From: Euprymna scolopes
Taxonomy: Eukaryota
Assembly (NCBI GenBank): GCA_053919585.1
Contig: CM132787.1
Reading direction: 5' to 3' (one strand)
DNA: 64,000 bases
A program made the translations under genes and the position numbers. Shown here in pieces: positions 38,575-49,849 of the stretch; the stretch's first letter is position 1, and the number at the start of each line of letters is the position of its first letter. Under the pieces are notes generated by a model. The model was not told the origin of the DNA. It made no database searches and saw only the letters and a list, made by a program, of their open reading frames with translations.

Positions 38575-39250
38575 CCTTAAATTTGGATGAAACGCTAGTA
38601 CTTTATATATAATTGTTGAAAGAGAAACGATGAAATTCTAATGGTATGTTATATGAAACATTAACAATTTATTACTGAGCATATAGAAACCTAAATTTTC
38701 TGTCAAAGATATTGCTGATTGATATGCACTAATGCTATGTCTACAATTTGTCTACGTTAGCACATAAATAGTCGATTATAAGGATTTGCCTGGATAGAGA
38801 AAGCATTATTATCGATTAGAATAATGTAATTCTTAGTGCAACACAGACACTGAATTCTACAGATAAGACGTTTGTTAAATAGGATTGAGTTTGGCAACAT
38901 GCCAAGAGTCAGATGATAGACATATTGGAAGTGATTACAGCAGTAGTGAATGATAGAAGAACCTGTAGATAGTCATGGATAATATGGATCCTAGTTCTAT
39001 TAAGTCAATGGAAAGAAAAATAATAATCATACAAACATATGTTTTTTAATATACTGATTGTAACCAAAAGTAAATATAAGATAAATATACATTAAACAAT
39101 TGTTTAATTTGTCAGTTTTGAGAAGCCTCACACCGATGCAATACACAGTTTATATTATTTACGGATTTATCTTAAAAAGACACACTAAATATTATTTTTA
39201 CGTACATTAATAATGTTGTTTCATTTTCCTTCAGGGTAAGTTTTAATATA
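38575..39250 (+). repeat. Paralog of 15560-16300 containing micro-exon candidate 38623-38643 (RNDEILM)
   Basis: Colinear similarity with 15560-16300. Splice context AAG|AGAAACGATGAAATTCTAATG|GTATGT. Confidence 0.75.
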
Positions 39251-39606
39251 TCAGATTGACAGTTTGGGACTTTTGACCCCTATATAAGATGCATAGATAT
39301 TCTAATAATCAATTAAGGTTCTATTTTGCATCTAAAACAGCAAATCATTAAATAGACTAAGAATATTATTTTACCTCCTTAATAAACAATTTCAAAATGT
39401 TATAATTTAACATTCTTTTTTTTCATTCTTATTGGAATCCAGGACTAGAAGTTTTCTTTCTGGCGGAGCATTCAGATTTATGCCTAAATTTTCGGTAATT
39501 AATTATAGTAAAAAATATATATTTTTAGTGGTGTCGATTTGATACAAAATTACGTACGAGCATATATGTATTTTAACTCATTACAACTTCTAGAAACAAA
39601 TAAATG

Positions 39607-39658
<52 letters not shown>

Positions 39659-39683
39659 GTGTGTGTATGTGTGTGTGTTTGTG

Positions 39684-40416
39684 TACGTGGTTGTGCCTTC
39701 AATAAGTTTGCAGAAATGAGTATATAGACATTTAAAATTGCAGTACGCACTTAAAACTAAATGTTATTGATATACAGCTTATAGTGTGGGCTGTTTCAAG
39801 CACAAGGAAGGCAAGGAGTAAGTGAGGAATGATAAGAGTTGTTAAACGAGAAGAAGTCTAAACACAAGAGTTAGTATATAAAATGAAGACTTTCATTGAT
39901 AATGACCGTCACGTGTCTATAGAGAAAATAAGTGATCAGTTTGATGTCAGTGTGGGAACTCTACACAATTATTCTTGAGCAACTGAAGATGCGGAATATT
40001 TGTCACAAACTATTAACAAATGGGCATCAAGACATTTCCTCAACCCCTTCAGAGTTTAGATCTTGCTCCTTTGAGTTTTGGTTATTTTCTAAGCTCAACG
40101 AAAACTTTAGAAATCATTGTTATGAGAGCATTCAAAAGTATAAAGGAGTTGTAACAAAGTGACAAAAGGGAAATTGACAGAATCATACGAGAGGACTGTC
40201 ATGAGACCTTTCATATGTTGATAGGAAAGAATAATTAATTGATTGCATCCGGAGGAGATTACTTCGAAGATTACTAGAGTTTATTGTGCGTTTTTGTTTG
40301 GCCGAAAGAGAATTCCCCCCTAGAGAAAAAAGGAGGAGGTAATTAACTCAATGTGTACTATCAGTTATAGTGCTGATACTAAAAACGTCTGAAAACTTGC
40401 AGAAGTAACACCGTGG
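39684..40416 (+). mobile_element. Internally deleted mariner with degenerate TIRs
   Basis: Left end TA|CGTGGTTGTGCCTTCAATAAGTTTGCAGA and right end TCTGAAAACTTGCAGAAGTAACACCGTGG. Remnants DNDRHVSIEKISDQFDVSVGTLH and PQP..SLDLAP..FWLFSKL (YSPDLAP motif). Confidence 0.8.
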
Positions 40417-40474
<58 letters not shown>

Positions 40475-40496
40475 GTTATAATATATATATGGCGAT

Positions 40497-40549
40497 TAAG
40501 CTACACCGAATATTCCGCATTTCATCCACTCTAGCACTCTTCAGGCTTA
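40497..40549 (-). ncRNA. Type I minimal hammerhead ribozyme (PLE-type)
   Basis: TAAGC-CTGAAGA-GTGC/TAGAGT/GGAT-GAAA-TGCG GAATATTC GGTG-TA-GCTTA. Core intact; one stem II mismatch. Confidence 0.85.
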
Positions 40550-40599
40550 TGCGCGAATTTGCGTATATAAAAACGACAAACAACCACACCATTCGCGCA

Positions 40600-40652
40600 G
40601 AAGCCTGAAGAGTCCTAGAGTGGATGAAACGCGGAGTATTCGGTTTAGCTTC
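40600..40652 (+). ncRNA. Type I minimal hammerhead ribozyme (PLE-type)
   Basis: GAAGC-CTGAAGA-GTCC/TAGAGT/GGAT-GAAA-CGCG GAGTATTC GGTT-TA-GCTTC. Core and stems I and II intact; mismatch at the 15.2/16.2 pair. Confidence 0.85.
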
Positions 40653-41063
40653 CGTTCGAATAATATATCTGGTAAGTCGCCACATGAAGCATATGCCGAA
40701 GTCGACCCTACGGTTCTTAGAGTGAGATTTGCATACATTTGGATGTATCTCTCAGGTTGCTCCATAACCCGGTATTGCCATAATAATCAATGACAAGCTT
40801 GCTTAAAGTAAGGGCCCGGGTATAATTATATTTATTTAGTAACTTACTTCCTCCTTNNNNNNNNNNNNNNNNNNNNNNNNNNNNNNNNNNNNNNNNNNNN
40901 NNNNNNNNNNNNNNNNNNNNNNNNNNNNNNNNNNNNNNNNNNNNNNNNNNNNNNNNNNNNNNNNNNNNNNNNNNNNNNNNNNNNNNNNNNNTTTAATTGC
41001 TGGCGTGTATGAACGACTGTAATATTCTAAACATTTTGAACAGCATCATAACATTTTAACATC

Positions 41064-41158
41064 AAATCTCCACACTAATGTAATGTACTTGCAATAACCC
41101 CTATCCCTGAGTGGCTTCCAGACCTTGATAAGTTGTGACCAATGTGTAAAAAAAAAAA
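41064..41158 (+). mobile_element. Solo 3' UTR and poly(A) of the CR1/L2-group LINE
   Basis: Close match to 22206-22304 (ATGTACTTGCAATAACC..TATCCCTGAGTGGCTTCC..CCTTGATAAGT..TGTGTAAAAA). Confidence 0.9.
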
Positions 41159-42026
41159 CAAAAAAAAATCATGAAATGATACGACAGAAATATTTGGACC
41201 TCTTTATTTTTAGATTTTTTTTTATTCAAAAAGATGTTAGCTTGAACAGCCGGCAATAATTTACCAACTGTAAATTGCACAGTGAATAATAGCAATAATT
41301 CTAACGTTTTCATGAAATAGTATTCTTCACGATGTTTTTACATATTTCTATGAATGCAATTCCGAATTCTGCGAGATAAATAGGCGTGAGTATAGACTAC
41401 GAATAGATGAGATTATTTCTATGTTATGAGAATTCTCACTAGCTACCACTTCTTATGGCTCAGGCGCTGCACAACACTTTTGCTTGTGAGGAACATCCCC
41501 ATATTGTCAATCCTCAGGTGATGCGGCATATGCACTGCTCCCTTCTGCAAGCAAATAGATTAATCGCATTTATATGGAAAGTAGCCTTTTTGAGCAGTTC
41601 CTCTCTTATAATCAAACTAACGGAAGGGCGAATTAACCGGTCGTAAAATACCCTAAATTGCTACATTTTAATTTGCCCAGATGACGCATATATTATATAT
41701 GATTTCAAAATTAACAAAAAGGAAAGTGTTTGGGTGCTATCAGCTTGAATGGGAACCGAAAGCAAAACTGATGCATTCAAAACTGGTGAGGTTTCAACTC
41801 TACCAATCTTATAGACATTCGACCTGAGTAAATATAAACAAAGATGAATGTACAAAATGTATTACATTTTTTTTCAATTTTGTTTTCGTTTTAACCCTTA
41901 AACAATTTAATCCAGAAAAATACCTATGCTAAAATTGTCCATAAAACGTTGGTCATGTGAGGCACATAGCTCGGCTCTGTGTCGATAAAAATAGTTAAAA
42001 ATATGAAAGTAAACAGATGTAATGCC

Positions 42027-42509
42027 TTTTATACCTGCAATGCACACAATGATATACGTCTTCTGTCTGTCTATCTGTCTGTCTGTCTGTAGACTCCATA
42101 TGTTAAAACCTTTTTTTATTTGAAACGAAAAGTCGCACAAGAAGGCAGGAGGCTTCCAACGATTTAATTTTTCATCAAATCTTTTAGCCTATTAAAATAA
42201 TCTTTTCGGGGCAAAAAGTGAGTAAAAATTTTAAAACAAAATAATCCTCATCCATTTTGTACACTTATTTGGCGTTCTTTAAAATTGTTTCATCTGTAAT
42301 ATGACTCTATACACGGCACGTTATTAAGTCAACAGTTTTGTATTTAAGAATTTGGCTTTCGATTTCGATTCAAGCTGATGACAACCACGTATATGTTTTT
42401 CATTTTTGAAATCACGCATCTATAATAATATATACGGAATAAAGGCGGATAAAAATATCATTTGTCATCTTATTTTACTACATAAAAAAGTCAGGGGATG
42501 CCACTAGGT

Positions 42510-42510
<1 letters not shown>
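42027..42510 (+). mobile_element. Possible DINE-1/HINE-like non-autonomous Helentron
   Basis: TTTTATACC start followed closely by a (CTGT)n microsatellite; weak subterminal inverted match near 42492. Architecture resemblance only. Confidence 0.3.
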
Positions 42511-42511
<1 letters not shown>

Positions 42512-42563
<52 letters not shown>

Positions 42564-42602
42564 TATATATACATATATAATTGTGTATATATATACATAC
42601 AA

Positions 42603-42671
<69 letters not shown>

Positions 42672-42768
42672 GGCCTTTTTAATATTGATCTACAATAGAA
42701 TACGTAGAAATTTGTTCATACTAATAGGGTATGACTTCGATGTGATCCTGATATTAGCAAACCAGATA

Positions 42769-42843
<75 letters not shown>
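42512..42843. repeat. (TA)n microsatellite cluster; other (TA)n tracts at about 16086, 24616, 25358, 34363, 35607, 39608, 40419, 47424, 58581, 59092, 60846, 61374, 62288, 63015 and 63115
   Basis: Directly visible dinucleotide runs; these produce the YIYIYI ORFs. Confidence 0.97.
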
Positions 42844-42846
<3 letters not shown>

Positions 42847-42869
42847 ATTTATAAAATATATATGGCGAT

Positions 42870-42922
42870 TAAGGTACACTGAATATTCTGCGTTTCATCA
42901 ACTATAGGATTCGTCAGGCTTA
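42870..42922 (-). ncRNA. Type I hammerhead ribozyme in the inverted-arm pLTR
   Basis: TAAGC-CTGACGA-ATCC/TATAGT/TGAT-GAAA-CGCA GAATATTC AGTG-TA-CCTTA. Core intact; mismatches in stems I and II. Confidence 0.85.
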
Positions 42923-44626
42923 TGCGCGAATTCTGTGGTTGCGTCTTGTTTTTATATATGTTATTGATTTCTAGTTAGCCAATCAGCTTTCTAGTATCCA
43001 CAGCACCCCTTTCTATCAGCCAATGGACATGCATTCTTTAGAACAAAGGATCTGTTTTAGAACAAGGTTAGTGGTTTAAGGTAGATCTTTTCCCTCCTTT
43101 TTTATATATATATATAAATATACCTATGTGTACACACATACATGCACATATATATATACATATATATATATGTGTGTGTGTGTGATCTTTTATGTATATT
43201 CATGCTTGTTTAATTAATTTATTTGTTTGTTTTCTATTGTTATTGTAAGTTTTACAAATATTTTGTATCGCTATCCTAGAGCAAGTTTTATTTTTGAGCA
43301 CAGTTGTTTGCTATTTATCGTCTACAGTTTAATAAATTTTGAGGTTCTTTAAAGTACAGTGTAGCAAATTTTTCATGGAGGCATAATTTACATGGGTCGT
43401 CTAAATGTCTGCACGTGGTAGTTTGTCTCATTATTTTCCATTCGACTACCGGCGTATGTCCGCTTTCTTTGAATTCCTAGTATTTATTCGCTAGTGTTGT
43501 TTTTATACGGTGTTTTTTTATTTTTGAATGTATTTTGTGGTCATAGTATCGGGTTTTGGAATCTAAGGAAGTCATGCCTATGTAATATTTCTTGTTATTC
43601 GGGTTTTCTTTCGCAAATATTGTTGCTTGATAAACTACACTTTTTGTTAGACATTTATTTTGGACTGGGCAAAGTGTGCGGTGTCTACAATTGCATTCAT
43701 CTTGTTCGTTATTAGTATTTTCATTTATGGTATGGTTATTCNNNNNNNNNNNNNNNNNNNNNNNNNNNNNNNNNNNNNNNNNNNNNNNNNNNNNNNNNNN
43801 NNNNNNNNNNNNNNNNNNNNNNNNNNNNNNNNNNNNNNNNNNNNNNNNNNNNNNNNNNNNNNNNNNNNNNNNNNNNNNTATTTCTGTCATGGTGTCTACT
43901 TTTTATTTTGTTGTTGTTTACATTGTTTTCATTTAGTATTTTGTTATTATGTGCTTTAATTATCATCTCTAAATTTTCGCAACAACTAAGAGAACTGATT
44001 ATTGAAGATTTTGTGTAAGGGGTTGGTTGCGGGAAAGTGTTTTTCAATAAGATCTAGAAATGTCTTGCCAAGTTTTGTTTTTAACATTTGATTGTATGGG
44101 GCCGTATACCAAATTATAGTTCTTTTTCTTCTATTTTTAATTTTTCTTATACTTGTTGGTGTTTTGTTGCTCATATTTGATATTGATAGTTTTGTATCCA
44201 TAGTTTTTTAGGGTTGTGTCGTAGATATTGGTTGACCTGTTAAATGCATTTTCATCGCTTGAGTTATTACTGAGTGTACTTACGATGGAGTTAGGAATGT
44301 GTTTTATAATTGATGGTGGGTGGTGTGACTTAGGGTTTACGTAAATTGGAGTAGGTTATCTTTTAAGTATGGTTCATATGTGTTCTTAACTAAGTTGAAC
44401 GTGACGTCCAGGAATATTCAGTGTAGCTTAATCGCCATATATATTTTATAAATTACTAACTAGCTCTACCTACGTATTGAGCACTTTAGAAGTAAATACT
44501 AAAAGTTTACGCATAAATCTATACTTTCGTATATTACATTTTTGTGAGTAAATGAAGTAGTTATACTTAGCTTCTAAAACAGTCGAGCACTCTCAAAAGA
44601 ATTTATTTCACCACATTAAAATAGAT

Positions 44627-46359
44627 ATGGAAAGAGTTAATCTCGAAACATCGCTAAAAAACATCCCTACACCCAGCAAGCATAGCTATATTATTAAATT
44701 ATTCAAAAAACAGATGAACTACTACGCCGAATGCGATGGCGAGTAAATCTCTTCCTTAAAAATGAAAACGTAAACAAAAAGAATCCTATGGTGTTAAAAC
44801 CCTTAAAAATGCGAAAACAGTAGATCTTTTGATAAACTTTGAAAATGACTTTTTAAACGTAATTAAAAACCTAGAATTCCACAATAAACCTAACAATTTC
44901 CAACGGAAACTACACAAAATCGTTAGAAACATAAACAACTCTAATAAAATATTTGTAAAACAGATAAAACCAGAAACTTTTGTAAAATAGATAAGCAAGA
45001 ATATAACAAACTAATCCCAGAACACATTACAAAAAACTACAAAAAACTAGACACAAACGAACGCGACTACATAGATATAATAAATACTGAAAGTAAACAA
45101 ATTACCGATAAACTAAAAATTAGCGATAAATTTGGCAAATTGAAACCTAGAGAGTCATACATTCTGCTTAAAGACCACAAATGGGACTTTAACAATAATC
45201 CCAGCACCCGCCTGATAAACCCAACTCAACGAGAAATAGGTAGAATTAGCAAAACTATACTTTCTAGAGTAAACAAACAAATCAAACAGGACCTAGAACT
45301 AAACCAGTGGGCAAATACTACCGAAGAAATCACCTGGTTTAAAAATATAGAAAACAAAGATAAATGTACGTTCATACAGTTTGACATCATAGACTTTTAT
45401 CCCTGGATATCCGAAGAACTTTTTAACATTGCCCGAGAATTTGCCGAGGCATACACTGATATATCCTCAGCAGAAATCAACATCATTAAAAAATGTAGAA
45501 AATCAGTTCTAATAAATAACAATAACCAATGGATAAAAACTAATATAAAAAATTCGTTCGATTTGGCGATGGGTGCCAGAGACTCTGCAGAGGCATCAGA
45601 TCTTGTGGGATTATTCATTCTATATACCGTCACAAGCATAATCGATACTACGGATATCGGCCTATATGGAGATGACCGACTAGCTATAATAAACAAAACA
45701 CCAACAAAGCCAAGGGAGAAAACGTTAAGAACATCATACACGAAGAAATGAAAAAAATAGGCCTGAAAGCAGACGTATCAGCTAACATAAAAATAACAAA
45801 CTTCCTGGACGTCACGATCAACTTAGATAAAAACACATATGAACCATACTTAATGCTACTCCAATTTACGTAAACCTTAAGTCACACCACCCACCATCAA
45901 TTATAAAACACATTCCTAACTCCATCGTAAGTACACTCAGTAATAACTCAAGCGATGAAAATGCATTTAACAGGTCAACCAATATCTACGAAACAACCCT
46001 AAAAAACTATGGATACAAAACTATCAATATCAAATATGAGCAACAAAACACCAACAAGTATAAGAAAAATTAAAAATAGAAGAAAAAGAACTATACTTTG
46101 GTATACGGCCCCATGCAATCAAATGTTAAAAATAAAAATTGGCAAGAAATTTCTAGATCTTATTGAAAAACACTTTCCCGCAACCAACCCCTTACACAAA
46201 ATCTTCAATAAAAATACCTTGAAGTTATCTTACAGTTTTTGCGAAAATTGAGAGATGATAATTAAAGCACATAATAACAAAATACTAAATGAAAACATTG
46301 TAAACAACAACAAAATAAAAAGTAGACACCATGACAGAAATAAAATCAACACTAGCAGA

Positions 46360-46400
<41 letters not shown>

Positions 46401-46912
46401 TAACAATAATAATAATAATAACAAACAAAACCCAGACAAGAATAACCATACCATAAATAAAAATACATATAACGAACAAGATAAATGCAATTGTAGACAC
46501 CGCACACTTTGCCCAGTCCAAAATAAATGTCTAACAAAAAGTGTAGTTTATCAAGCAACAATATTTGCGAAAGAAAACCCGAATAACAAGAAATATTACA
46601 TAGGCATGACTTCCTTGGATTTCAAAACCCGATACTATGACCACAAAATACATTCAAAAATAAAAAGCACCGTATAAAAACAACACTAGCGAATAAATAC
46701 TGGGAACTATAAGAAAGCGGACATTCGCCGGTAGTCGAATGGAAAATAATGAGACAAGTTACCACGTGCAGACATTTAGACGACCCATGTAAATTATGCC
46801 TCCATGAAAAATTTGCTATCCTGTACCTCAAAAAGAACCTCAGAATATATTAAACTGTAGACGAGAAATAGCAAACAACTGTGTTCACAAAATAAAACTT
46901 ACTGTCGGATAG
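44627..46912 (+). pseudogene. PLE RT plus Cys-motif plus GIY-YIG endonuclease ORF (Naiad-type), frameshifted
   Basis: N-terminus SLKNIPTPS..Y..KL..RRMRW. RT motifs LKDHK..F.NNP..RLINP, FIQFDIIDFYP, MGARD, GLYGDD (YRDD-like) and NFLDVT. Then CNCRHRTLCPVQNKCL, VVY...YYIGMT and CKLCLHEK. Confidence 0.92.
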
Positions 46913-47240
46913 CGATACAAAATAGCTTTTAAACTAACAATAACAATAGAAAACAAACAAATAAATAAATTAAACAAACATGAATATACATAAAAGATCA
47001 CACGTATATGTATATATATATATGTATATATACGTGCATGTATGTGTGTACACATAGGTATATTTATAAATAAAAGACCTACCTTAAACCACTAACCTAG
47101 TTCTAAAACAGATCCTTTGTTCGATAAAATGCATGCCCATTGGCTTATAGGAAGGGGCGCGGTGGATACTAGAAAGCTGATTGGCTAACAAGAAATCCTC
47201 AACATATATAAAAACAAGAAGCAACCACAGAATTGTCGCA

Positions 47241-47293
47241 TAAGCCTGTCGAATCCTATAGTGGATGAAACGCAGAATATTCAGTGTAGCTTA
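47241..47293 (+). ncRNA. Type I hammerhead ribozyme in the 3' pLTR (A6-to-U core mutation)
   Basis: TAAGC-CTGTCGA-ATCC/TATAGT/GGAT-GAAA-CGCA GAATATTC AGTG-TA-GCTTA. Stems I and II perfect; core CUGA mutated to CUGU. Confidence 0.85.
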
Positions 47294-47423
47294 ATCGCCA
47301 TATATATTTTATAAATTACTAACTAGCTCTACCTACGCATTGAGCACTTTTGAAGTAAATACTTAAAGTTTACAGATAAATCTATACTTTCGTATATTAA
47401 ATTTATGTGAGTAAATGAAGTAG

Positions 47424-47463
<40 letters not shown>

Positions 47464-48919
47464 TGTGTAAATAAATAACAATATCACAATCCTATTCCAC
47501 TAAGAAAGGTAGCTATCAACCAAGTTTCATAATAAAACTACTCAACCATTGTAGTAGTCCGTGAATGTACGAAAACAATTCTAACATAATAGCTCCTTAA
47601 ATAAGAGTTTTTTATCAAACAAAATTGTCTCATAACATTCAGTTTATTTTGGGGGTGGGAGCCAGAAAAGCGATAACAACAGTACTTGAAAAAATAGACA
47701 TTTTTATATGTATGTTAGACTAGCAGAAAGATTCGTCGGTGCCTGCGATTTTTACTATTCCCCAAATTGCTCATCAAAATCGGTGAAATCGATGATTTTT
47801 TTTTTAAACAACTCGAGTAATTGCCAGCACACACCTCGGTGCCACACGAGAAATAATCAGCTGCGTCCCAGCAATAACTTCGTACACAATACAATGTATT
47901 ATTTTTAATTATTTAATATGCTGACTTGATTTATAATTAAAAATTCCAAAGTCTAGCATCATGGTTTTATTCTGCTCTATACAGTAACACTAATTCGAAC
48001 GAGAATAAAAAAAACATACTGTTGGTTTTATATGTCGGCCATTCCGCTTGTGCTCTAATAAAATCTCTCAAGTGGATGTGTGATCTTATGCTGTATAATT
48101 AATTTATTTTAGGCAACTCCGTCTCTTTTTAGTTTAATCGAATATTGTCGATTATGGATCATCGATATTGATTAAAAATCGTTCGATATAAAACCATATC
48201 GAGGAAGTCAGCCAGGCACATAATGTATGTTTGAAATTTCCAAACAAATCTCAGTTTTTTGGGGGTCTATTGCGATCCAACTCATGCCGTCATAGTTATA
48301 TTTACTTGCTATATTATTAGCGACACTTCCTTAGATTAAGGTGATATCATTTAAAATCTGTGTCTGTGAAAATTTTAAGAAATTATCTAGCACAAATCTG
48401 ATAAAAGGTGACTATCTGAGACAAATAGGTGACCTGCCAATATGACTAAATAACTTCGATTTACAAGAACGCTCCTATGTTAGTTTTATAATGTGAAATA
48501 ACTATATATTCTAATTGAATATATGCATTTGAACATCATAATTAGTGTTGTTGAGACGAACTAGATGATACTGGATGTAGATCATTTCACATTAAACTCT
48601 TTAAATGTTATAGAATATAATATGTTGTATCTTTTTTACAGAAATGACAAATTAACAAAATGTAGATTTTATTTTATTGTGGTGACGTAATTATGAACTG
48701 AAACAATCACTCATTTGTTAAGTTGTTAACATCCGTCATAATTACAGATATTGTTAACCAGTTGAGCTACAAATCAGTTCCATTCACTAAAATTATTCTT
48801 GATATCCATTAAGGACCCCCGTGATAACTGTGAATCTTAGATGAGTATATTTTATGATGGTACAACCGCTATAAAATAAACGAGGAAAGAAAAGACATAC
48901 ACAAATCTAAGAGAATGAA

Positions 48920-49707
48920 AAAATGCTTAAAAAATGACCTCCAGACCGTATTAGAATGAGGCCGTAAATAAATGGTAACATTTAATGTTAGTAAGACTAA
49001 TCTGCTGTCCTTTCATAATTACAATACGCTTTTTAACCACCGATACCATGAGAAATACCTACCTGAGAATTATTGCTTTAGACTCATTGCCCTTACATTC
49101 ACGATCAATATGAACACATTGAAGACGTTGCGAAGGCTGCTGCAAAGAAAGTAGATTCCTTTTATTGTGCTTTCTCACACATGAGAGTATCCTTTACCCT
49201 CATAAGGCCACATTTCGCGCATGCATGGGTTGTTATAGCCACATCTTAGTGCATCTACGAATAGTCTCTAACTCTTCAATGGGGTCCAAAAAAGAGTGTT
49301 CACTCTAATAGATGCCACTTTTCAACTAAGCGTCAATTCCTATCACATCGCCGCAATTTTGCATCTCTGTCGCTTTTTTACAAGTATATAATTGAATGAC
49401 TCTGACGAACTCGTTGCTCGTTTGCCTCTTTCACGCCTATATCCCCGACAACACGTTTAGAAACAAAATCACGCTCTTTACTTGTTGAGTTTCCTAAATG
49501 CCAGGAAGCTCTCGGCTGATATTTTTCCCTCGAACGGCATGATATTGGAATTTTTTGCGTGCTATATCTTTCCTGCCTATACTAATATACCGATAGTTAA
49601 ATCTAAGGGAAATGAACATCTTGTTAATATACCTTAGGCATGGATTAATTAATAGCGCCTTACGTCCAAGCCTCAGTAGCTCTTATTAGGGATGAACATG
49701 TGTAAAA
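48920..49707 (+). mobile_element. Old, degenerate 3' part of a CR1/L2-group LINE
   Basis: NDLQTVLE*GRK*MVTFNVSKT and LSHRRNFASLSLFYKY; ends TGTGTAAAA. Confidence 0.8.
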
Positions 49708-49849
49708 GATACTCAATAACAACCAATACGGCATCCGTCCTTGTAGAACAAGCTGTGTACTGGGTGCAATTTACACATTATCAGTGCATCTGTACACGAG
49801 GGTTTTTCTGTCTAGTGTAATAATGATTGCTATATTAAAGGTAGTAGTC

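Larger units (their letters stand above)
40471..40856. mobile_element. Small PLE-derived insertion (inverted pLTR pair, related to the Naiad at 42843) abutting (TA)n; right end lost in an N gap
   Basis: 40471-40558 resembles 42843-42931. Arms 40497-40558 and 40591-40651 form an inverted repeat. Confidence 0.75.
42843..47428. mobile_element. Naiad-type Penelope-like retroelement: inverted 3' arm (42843-44411, minus) joined to a near-full-length copy (44412-47428, plus), inserted in (TA)n
   Basis: The arms are reverse complements (43477-44201 vs 46009-46700). pLTR direct repeat at 44412-44565 and 47275-47428. (TA)n on both outer flanks. Confidence 0.93.

Noticed and set aside
42498-42882. [10 protein letters not shown] and THTH ORFs here and at 15963, 25225, 34965, 39539, 58918, 60576, 61354 and 62894
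   Set aside because: They are translations of (TA)n or (CA)n microsatellites.
46249-46251. In-frame TGA as selenocysteine (reported for some Naiads)
   Set aside because: The inverted arm has TTA (Leu) at this position and the conserved Cys sites use TGY codons, so this is a simple nonsense mutation.
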